Shown here piece by piece: positions 58,017-64,000 of a stretch of 64,000 nucleotides of DNA. Source of the stretch: Myxococcota bacterium (lineage in GTDB: Bacteria; Myxococcota_A; UBA796; CAJQPC01); the NCBI GenBank assembly GCA_036229005.1, contig JAZAMN010000039.1, positions 1 to 64,000 on the forward strand, written 5' to 3'. Positions within the stretch are counted from its first letter, which is position 1. Every line of letters begins with the position of its first letter. The translations under genes were made by a program, and so were the position numbers. Below the pieces are notes generated by a model. The model was given only the letters and a program-made list of their open reading frames with translations, was not told the origin of the DNA and made no database searches.

Positions 58017-59570
58017 CTATTGGGCGCTCGCGCCCAGGTAGCGCTCGATCTTGGCCTGGGCCTGCAGATCGTCGCTCCACTGCTGCTGGAAGCTCTGGCG
58101 CAGGAACAGGGTCATCTGGCGCTCCAGCTCCACCTTCTCGGTGTCGAAGGCGCTCATGTCGGCGTCCTGACGGGAGGTGACCTGGGCCACAACCAAGGTC
58201 CCGCCCACCGTGTAGACCTCTGGGAGGACCTCACCCGCGGGGGCCTTGCTGGCCTCGGCGAGGAGCTGGTCAGCCGGACCGAGCTGGGGAATCTGGGTGG
58301 CGTTGAGCTTGAGGTCCGCCGCGGTGTTGGGCATGAGCAGCTTGGGCGCCAGCATGTCCATGGGCGCCTGGCCGGTGGCCTTCCAGCTCGCGAGCACCTG
58401 GTCGGCGAACTCCTGGGCGAAGGCGGGGGCGCGATCCTTCTGCAGGATCTCCTTGGCGACCAGCTCCTTGACCTCGTCGAAGGACTGCTCGCTGGCGGGG
58501 GTGCTGCTCTCCACCAGGAAGACGGCGAAGCCGCGGTTGGTCCGCACGATGTCGGTGCGCTGTCCAGCCTCGGTCCCGAAGATGGCCTCAGAGACCGCGG
58601 GCTCCATCTGCTGGGAGGTCTGCTCGCCCAGGTCGCCACCGTCGACGGCGTTGAGGTCCTCGCTGTACTTGCGGGCGGCCTGCTCGAAGGGGAGCCCGGC
58701 GTCGATCTCGGCGAGGATGCTGTCCAGGCGCGCGCGGGTCGCGTCCTCGTCCATTCCGCCGATGTCGGCCTTGAGGAGGATCATGCGGACCTGCGCCTTG
58801 GCGGGCTGCTTGAAGCGGCGCTCGAACTGGGCATCGTAGGAGGCCTGGACGCGCTCGGGGGCGCTGGCCAGCAGGGCCTGGAGTTCGGTGTCGGTGACGG
58901 GCACGTCGGACACGAAGGCGCCGGTGGGCAGGCCCACCCAGGACAGGGTGAGGGAGGTGTTGTCCTCGATGTAGGCGCGCTTGACGTCCTGGGGAGGAAC
59001 GTGGACGGCCAGGGAGCCGAGCTCCAGGACCTTGCGGACCTTGAGGTACTTGTAGACCTCCTCGCGGAAGACGCGCTCGTCCATGCCGCGAGAGGCCAGG
59101 AAGCGGTCGAGCTTGGCCTTCTTGTAGACCTTCTCCTCGACGAAGAGCATCTCGCCCTTGGGCACCATGCCGTTGACCGCCGCCAGGATGTCGTCCGGGT
59201 TAGGGACGATGATCAGCCCGAAGGTGGGGCCGTCCATGCGCTGGATGGTGTACTCGACCTCCTCGCCGGAGACCTCGATGCCCAGGCGCTCGGCCTCGTT
59301 CAGCAGGACGCGCTGCTCGATGAGCCCGCTGAGGACCTGCTGCTGCAGGGAGGCGTACTCGGCGTCGGTGGTGGCGCCCCGCCCGACCCACTGCATGGTG
59401 CGCTCGAGCTGGGAGCTGGTGATGCGCTCACCGTCGACGTTGGCGACCTCGGAGGTCTTGGGGCCGTCGTTGCCGAGGCCCCAGCCAATGAACGAGACCA
59501 CGATGATCGCAAAGACCGCCTGGAGCAGGAAGGAATCCGTCCCCCCGCGCATCTTCTCCATCAAGGACAT
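58017..59570 (-). CDS. ppiD: PpiD/SurA-type peptidylprolyl isomerase chaperone
   Basis: N-terminal TM (IVVSFIGWG), SurA_N domain, FEQAARKYSED..GGDLG rotamase motif. Confidence 0.88.
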   Translation of the reverse strand: MSLMEKMRGGTDSFLLQAVFAIIVVSFIGWGLGNDGPKTSEVANVDGERITSSQLERTMQWVGRGATTDAEYASLQQQVLSGLIEQRVLLNEAERLGIEVSGEEVEYTIQRMDGPTFGLIIVPNPDDILAAVNGMVPKGEMLFVEEKVYKKAKLDRFLASRGMDERVFREEVYKYLKVRKVLELGSLAVHVPPQDVKRAYIEDNTSLTLSWVGLPTGAFVSDVPVTDTELQALLASAPERVQASYDAQFERRFKQPAKAQVRMILLKADIGGMDEDATRARLDSILAEIDAGLPFEQAARKYSEDLNAVDGGDLGEQTSQQMEPAVSEAIFGTEAGQRTDIVRTNRGFAVFLVESSTPASEQSFDEVKELVAKEILQKDRAPAFAQEFADQVLASWKATGQAPMDMLAPKLLMPNTAADLKLNATQIPQLGPADQLLAEASKAPAGEVLPEVYTVGGTLVVAQVTSRQDADMSAFDTEKVELERQMTLFLRQSFQQQWSDDLQAQAKIERYLGASAQ

Positions 59571-59683
59571 GTCGCATCTCCTGCACCCGGCGCGCTCGTG
59601 CACGCCGAAGACCCGGGCACGTAGCGGAAGATGGACGGGATGGCAAGGTCAGGACCGGGCTTGTGCCCGGCCCATCAGCGCGC

Positions 59684-60529
59684 TCAGAAGTCCCGGCTGC
59701 TCCACAGCTTGACGGTGGTGTCGCCGCTGACCTTGCCCTTGTTGCGGCTGTACCGCTTCTTGGCCTTGGGCATCCACTCGTTCAGGTTCTTCTTGCGGTC
59801 CTTGTTGGTGGGGTGCGTGCTCAGCAGGGCGATGCTGCTGCCCCCGGTGGCCTTCTCCATGCGATCCCAGACCAGGGGGGCCTCCTGGGGGGGGTAGCCG
59901 GCCTTGGCCATGTACATCATGCCGATGATGTCGGCCTCCTTCTCGTGGGCGCGGGAGAAGGGGAGGATGACGCCGCCCTGCGCGCCGACGCCTGCGGCCG
60001 CCACGATGATGGCCTGCTGCTCGGTGCTGAGCTCGGTCTTGGCGTCCAGGTAGAGGTAGAGCGCGCCCATGCCGCCGAGCACTGCGAGCTGCTGGCTCAG
60101 GCGCTCGGCGCCGTGGTGTGCGGTGGCGTGGCCGACCTCGTGGCCCATGACGAAGGCGAGCCCGGCTTCGCTCTCGACGACGGGGAGCAGGCCGGTGTAG
60201 ACGGCGATCTTGCCGCCGGGGAGGCACCACGCGTTGATGGTGTCGTTGGCCTGCAGGAGCTTGAACTCCCAGTCGTACTTGGGCTGGTTCGCGGAGGCGG
60301 AGATGCGCTTGCCGATCCGGTTGATGGCCTTGGCGTTCTCGTTGCCCGACGACACCTTCTCTTCCGCCAAGGTCGAGGTGTACGTGGACGCCCCGAGCTG
60401 CCGCATGAGGGTGTCGGGGATGAGGTTGAACTGCCGCCGCCCGGTGATGGGCACCTTGACGCAGGCGACGAGGGTGGTGGCGGCCAGGAGCAGGCCCAGG
60501 GCCGTGCTTCGAGCGAGGCGACGCTTCAT
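59684..60529 (-). CDS. M48 family metallopeptidase lipoprotein
   Basis: LVAC..PITGRRQ, NAWCLPGGKI, GHEVGH, FSRAHEKEAD, LSTHP. Confidence 0.95.
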   Translation of the reverse strand: MKRRLARSTALGLLLAATTLVACVKVPITGRRQFNLIPDTLMRQLGASTYTSTLAEEKVSSGNENAKAINRIGKRISASANQPKYDWEFKLLQANDTINAWCLPGGKIAVYTGLLPVVESEAGLAFVMGHEVGHATAHHGAERLSQQLAVLGGMGALYLYLDAKTELSTEQQAIIVAAAGVGAQGGVILPFSRAHEKEADIIGMMYMAKAGYPPQEAPLVWDRMEKATGGSSIALLSTHPTNKDRKKNLNEWMPKAKKRYSRNKGKVSGDTTVKLWSSRDF

Positions 60530-60676
60530 CGGAGGGCTCCGGTTTGTGCTGACTTTCACAGCTTGTATCACCGAAGGTCAACAAGCGGCTTGAGTGCGGG
60601 ATCTCTGACTGCTATACGCGAGAGCACCTCCCGCCTTCACTTCCTTCCTCCTCTCCTCCCTCCAACGGGGCGCGCA

Positions 60677-61723
60677 ATGCCCTCCCGCATCCTCGATGGC
60701 GTCCTCGGCGCCCTCTCCCAGGACATGGCCATCGACCTGGGGACGGCCAACACCCTCTTGCACGTCCGTGGTCGCGGGGTGGTCTGCCGAGAGCCCTCGG
60801 TGGTGGCTCTGCACACCGACCACCGCGGGCAGAAGTCTGTGCTGGCAGCGGGGATGGAGGCGCGGGAGATGTTGGGGCGTGCACCGTCTGACATCCGGGT
60901 GGTCCGCCCCCTCCGGGACGGGGTCATCTCCGACTTCGAGGTCACCGAGGCGATGCTGCGGCTCTTCATGCACCGGAGCATGGGGCCCAACCACATCGTG
61001 CGTCCGCGCACCGTGGTCTGCATCCCCTACGGCACGACCGAGGTCGAGAAGCGCGCCATGCGCGAGTGCGCCGAGGCCGCCGGAGCGCGCGAGGTGCACC
61101 TGGTCGAGGAGCCCCTGGCCGCCGCAATCGGCGCGGGACTGGACATCACCGAGCCCAGCGGGAACATGGTGGTGGACGTGGGCGGAGGGACCACCGAGGT
61201 CGCCGTCGTGAGCCTGGGGGGGATCGTCTACTCCCGCAGCGTGCGCGTGGGCGGGGACCAGATGGACGCCGCCATCATCGAGTACCTCAAGGACAGCCGG
61301 GGCCTGCTGGTCGGGCCGGTGACCGCCGAGGAGATCAAGATCAAGCTCGGCAACGCCGCCGCCACGCGCCGCGACCCCAAGCTCTCCCTGGAGGTGCGCG
61401 GTCGGGATCTGGTGACGGGCTGGCCGCGCGCCGTGCGCCTGTCTTCGGACGAGGTGCGGGAAGCGCTCGCAGGCACTGTCCAGCTCCTGGTGGACACCCT
61501 GCTGGCGGCGCTGGACAAGACCCCGCCGGAGCTGGCCTCGGACATCGTGGACAAGGGCATCGTGCTGACCGGCGGAGCGGCGCAGCTCAAGCGCATGGAT
61601 CTGGCCATGCGTCAGGCCACGGGGTTGCCGGTGATCATCGCCGACGACCCGGGCGCTGCGGTGGTCGCGGGCGCCGCGCGCGCCCTCGGCCACATCGACT
61701 TCCTGCGGGCCGTGGCCTGCTGA
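60677..61723 (+). CDS. mreB: Rod shape-determining actin homolog MreB
   Basis: AIDLGTANT, EPSVVA, RPLRDGVI, VDVGGGTTEVA, GIVLTGG. Confidence 0.95.
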   Translation: MPSRILDGVLGALSQDMAIDLGTANTLLHVRGRGVVCREPSVVALHTDHRGQKSVLAAGMEAREMLGRAPSDIRVVRPLRDGVISDFEVTEAMLRLFMHRSMGPNHIVRPRTVVCIPYGTTEVEKRAMRECAEAAGAREVHLVEEPLAAAIGAGLDITEPSGNMVVDVGGGTTEVAVVSLGGIVYSRSVRVGGDQMDAAIIEYLKDSRGLLVGPVTAEEIKIKLGNAAATRRDPKLSLEVRGRDLVTGWPRAVRLSSDEVREALAGTVQLLVDTLLAALDKTPPELASDIVDKGIVLTGGAAQLKRMDLAMRQATGLPVIIADDPGAAVVAGAARALGHIDFLRAVAC

Positions 61724-61744
61724 GAGTCGAAAGTCAGGCTGCGC

Positions 61745-62074
61745 TCAGAGAGCGGAGGCCACCAACTGGTCGATGCGGTCCTGGTCGACGTTGCCCACCA
61801 GGTGCCCGACGGCCTCGCCGTCCTTGATGACGATGAGCGTGGGGATGGACCGCACGTTGTAGTTCATCGCGATCTTGCGGTTCTCGTCGGTGTTGACCTT
61901 GACCACCTTGGCCTGGCCCTCGTACTTGCCTGCGACCGCCTCGATCTTGGGGGCCAGGGCGCGGCAGGGGGCGCACCAGGTGGCCCAGAAGTCGACCAGG
62001 ACGGGGACGTCGGACTCGAGAACCTGGGCCTTCCAGTCGCTCTCACTCACGTTGCTGATCAGATCGGATGCCAT
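61745..62074 (-). CDS. trxA: Thioredoxin
   Basis: VLVDFWATWCAPC, SIPTL; AGGAG RBS. Confidence 0.95.
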   Translation of the reverse strand: MASDLISNVSESDWKAQVLESDVPVLVDFWATWCAPCRALAPKIEAVAGKYEGQAKVVKVNTDENRKIAMNYNVRSIPTLIVIKDGEAVGHLVGNVDQDRIDQLVASAL

Positions 62075-62179
62075 CTGGGGGTCTCCTGAAGGGGGGCGAG
62101 AAGCTCGCCGGTTGAGGCTTTGGAATAAACTTCAACCCGGTCCCGGGCAAGGGGGGGGAAGGGCCGTGTCGGAGATTGA

Positions 62180-63538
62180 ATGTCCCAGAGTCCTGTCGTC
62201 GCCCTCTACCTGGCGCACCTTGAACAGCGAAGCGGCCTGCTTGAGATCCTGAGCGGGGCCCACTCGACCCGGATCCACCTGCTGCGCGGGCGGGTCGTGC
62301 AGGTCGAGGACATGCCCGGGTTGCTGGAGGAGCTGGTGCCCCACGGGATCGGGAGCCTCCGGGACGATCTGGCCAAGGCCATCCAAGGCGGCGCCCCGAT
62401 GCCCCAAGCCTTCGAGACCGCCGCCCGGGACATCGGGCGTGCCCTCGCGCTCACCCACGGTCAGGAGGGTGTGGAGGCCAACTTCAACCCGGACGGTGAG
62501 CCCCCTCCGGGCTGCTTCCCCCTGGAGCAAGGCATCCCGGAGATCCTCCGACTGGGCTTCACCGCGGAGCGCCCCCCGGTCGCCGTCTACCGGGAGTACC
62601 GCGCGCTGCTGGACCACCGTGCTCGCCCGACCGGGCGGGAGGCCAAGGGGCTGGGGACCCATGCGCTGCGGCTGCTGAGGGGGGCCCGCCAGTCGCCGCT
62701 GGTCTCCGAGCTCATGGCCGGCGTCCCCCAGGATGACCCGAGCTGGGTGGCCCTGGACCTGCTGGTGGCCATCGACGCGCTGGTCATCGAGGAGGTCAAG
62801 GAGGACCCCCTCAAGGCCGAGCGCCTGCGGCGACTCAAGGCCAAGGCCCAGCGGCTGGAGGAGCTGGCGATCGAGCTCTCCAAGCAGCCCCCCCTCACCG
62901 CGCTGGGGATCCAGCCCGCCGAGAGCATGGACTGGCTGAATGAAGAGGGGATCGCCCAGCAGTACCGCAAGGTCGCGACCCCCTACCACCCGGACCAGAT
63001 CGCCAAGATGCCCGCGCCCTACCGGGCCGCCGCCTCCGCGGTGTTCTCGGCGTACTCAGAGATTAAGGAGCGCCTGCTCAAGGACCCGCAGCTCCTCAAG
63101 GACGAGAAGGAGCGCCTGGTCTGCGAAGCCAAGGGGCGCCTCTATGTCCCCCGCGGCGCCCGCGATGAGGCCCGTGCCTGCTTCAAGCGCGCCCAGGGCC
63201 ACGAGCACTACCGCCAGTGGGAGCAGGCCCAGCAGGAGCTGGAGGTCGCGGTGGAGCGGGACCCCTCCGAGCCGCTCTACGCGGTGGTTCTGGCCTTCGT
63301 GAAGGCGGTGCGCAAGCAGCGCTCCCCGACCGATGCAATCGGGGACATCCGGGAGGTCAGCGCCAAGGCCGGCATCATCCCGCGGGTCGAGGGGCTCTAC
63401 CGGATCGGGCGGCTGTTCAAGATGGCCGAGAGCCCCAAGGATGCCCTCTCCACCTTCCAGGATCTGCTCCAGATCGCACCGAACCACGTGGGGGCCAAGC
63501 GCGAGGTCAGGCTGCTCAAGAAGCGGCTGGGCGCCTGA
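62180..63538 (+). CDS. J-domain (HPD) and TPR protein with a DUF4388-like N-terminus
   Basis: QQYRKVATPYHPD...FSAYSEI; C-terminal TPR helices. Confidence 0.7.
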   Translation: MSQSPVVALYLAHLEQRSGLLEILSGAHSTRIHLLRGRVVQVEDMPGLLEELVPHGIGSLRDDLAKAIQGGAPMPQAFETAARDIGRALALTHGQEGVEANFNPDGEPPPGCFPLEQGIPEILRLGFTAERPPVAVYREYRALLDHRARPTGREAKGLGTHALRLLRGARQSPLVSELMAGVPQDDPSWVALDLLVAIDALVIEEVKEDPLKAERLRRLKAKAQRLEELAIELSKQPPLTALGIQPAESMDWLNEEGIAQQYRKVATPYHPDQIAKMPAPYRAAASAVFSAYSEIKERLLKDPQLLKDEKERLVCEAKGRLYVPRGARDEARACFKRAQGHEHYRQWEQAQQELEVAVERDPSEPLYAVVLAFVKAVRKQRSPTDAIGDIREVSAKAGIIPRVEGLYRIGRLFKMAESPKDALSTFQDLLQIAPNHVGAKREVRLLKKRLGA

Positions 63539-63600
63539 AAGGCGACGCCCCGGCCTGCCTGCGGCTCCTCGTCGCCCGCAGGGTCGGTTAGGGAACACCG

Positions 63601-64000
63601 GTGCACGTCCCCCTCTACATCCTGGCCCTCGTGGCCTACTCGGCAGCCGCAGCGCTGCGCATCGCGCGCTGGGGCAACCGGAGCTGGGTGCCCCGCGCTG
63701 CCTGGGTGTCCGCCGTGGTCGGTGTCCTGGCCCACCTTGGGGCGATCAGCTCCCTGGCGGTTGTGGCGGGCGGCCTGCCCATCTCCGGCCCGGGCGACTC
63801 GGTCGCCTTGATCGCCGGAGGCATCGGGATCGGCACGCTCTTGGTGCGGCCCAAGGAGCGCGGCGAGGTGCTCTCGGGCGTGTTGTCCTCGCTTGCGGCC
63901 GTGATGCTGGGGGTGGCGCTGCTGCTGCCGTCCCAGGCGGTGGAGCCGAATGCGGGGCTGGCCCAGGTCTTCTTCCCCCTGCACGCGCTGGCGACCTTTG
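63601..64000 (+). CDS. CcsA/HemX-like cytochrome c assembly membrane protein; partial, runs off the window
   Basis: Manual translation VHVPLYILALVAY...LAHLG...LP...FFPLHALATF shows several TMs with conserved His residues. Confidence 0.6.
   Translation, partial: MHVPLYILALVAYSAAAALRIARWGNRSWVPRAAWVSAVVGVLAHLGAISSLAVVAGGLPISGPGDSVALIAGGIGIGTLLVRPKERGEVLSGVLSSLAAVMLGVALLLPSQAVEPNAGLAQVFFPLHALATF

Overview
A gene-dense, very GC-rich bacterial window. It is probably from a Myxococcota-like organism; this is inferred from the AgmX/PglI-type, DUF4388/MshEN, myxosortase-like and many Cys-rich lipoprotein genes. About 55 CDSs were called, and no rRNA, tRNA, CRISPR array or mobile element was seen. 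The strongest hidden signal is a predicted selenoprotein that the ORF track truncates (50177..51652). It is a lipoprotein with an in-frame TGA in a C-G-U motif, followed by an fdhF-like SECIS hairpin, and it combines a UshA-like metallophosphoesterase domain, a coiled coil and four CxxCH hemes. It is translationally coupled to a GldA/GldF/GldG/DUF4340-type ABC operon. Other notable items: (1) a copper island with a CusCBA pump whose CusA carries an EF-hand-pair insertion, a sigma54 promoter and a 24-bp palindrome, an NtrC-type two-component system, and a divergent pentaheme cytochrome plus multicopper oxidase pair; (2) an SQR / DUF1641-TusE fusion / DsrE sulfur module; (3) a tandem double PilT/PilU ATPase; (4) a cluster of small 10-Cys lipoproteins; (5) a large PKD/LamG surface protein operon; (6) recurrent ultra-short, charge-less lipoprotein signal peptides. 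All calls come from motifs read by eye, with no database searches. Start codons are best estimates.
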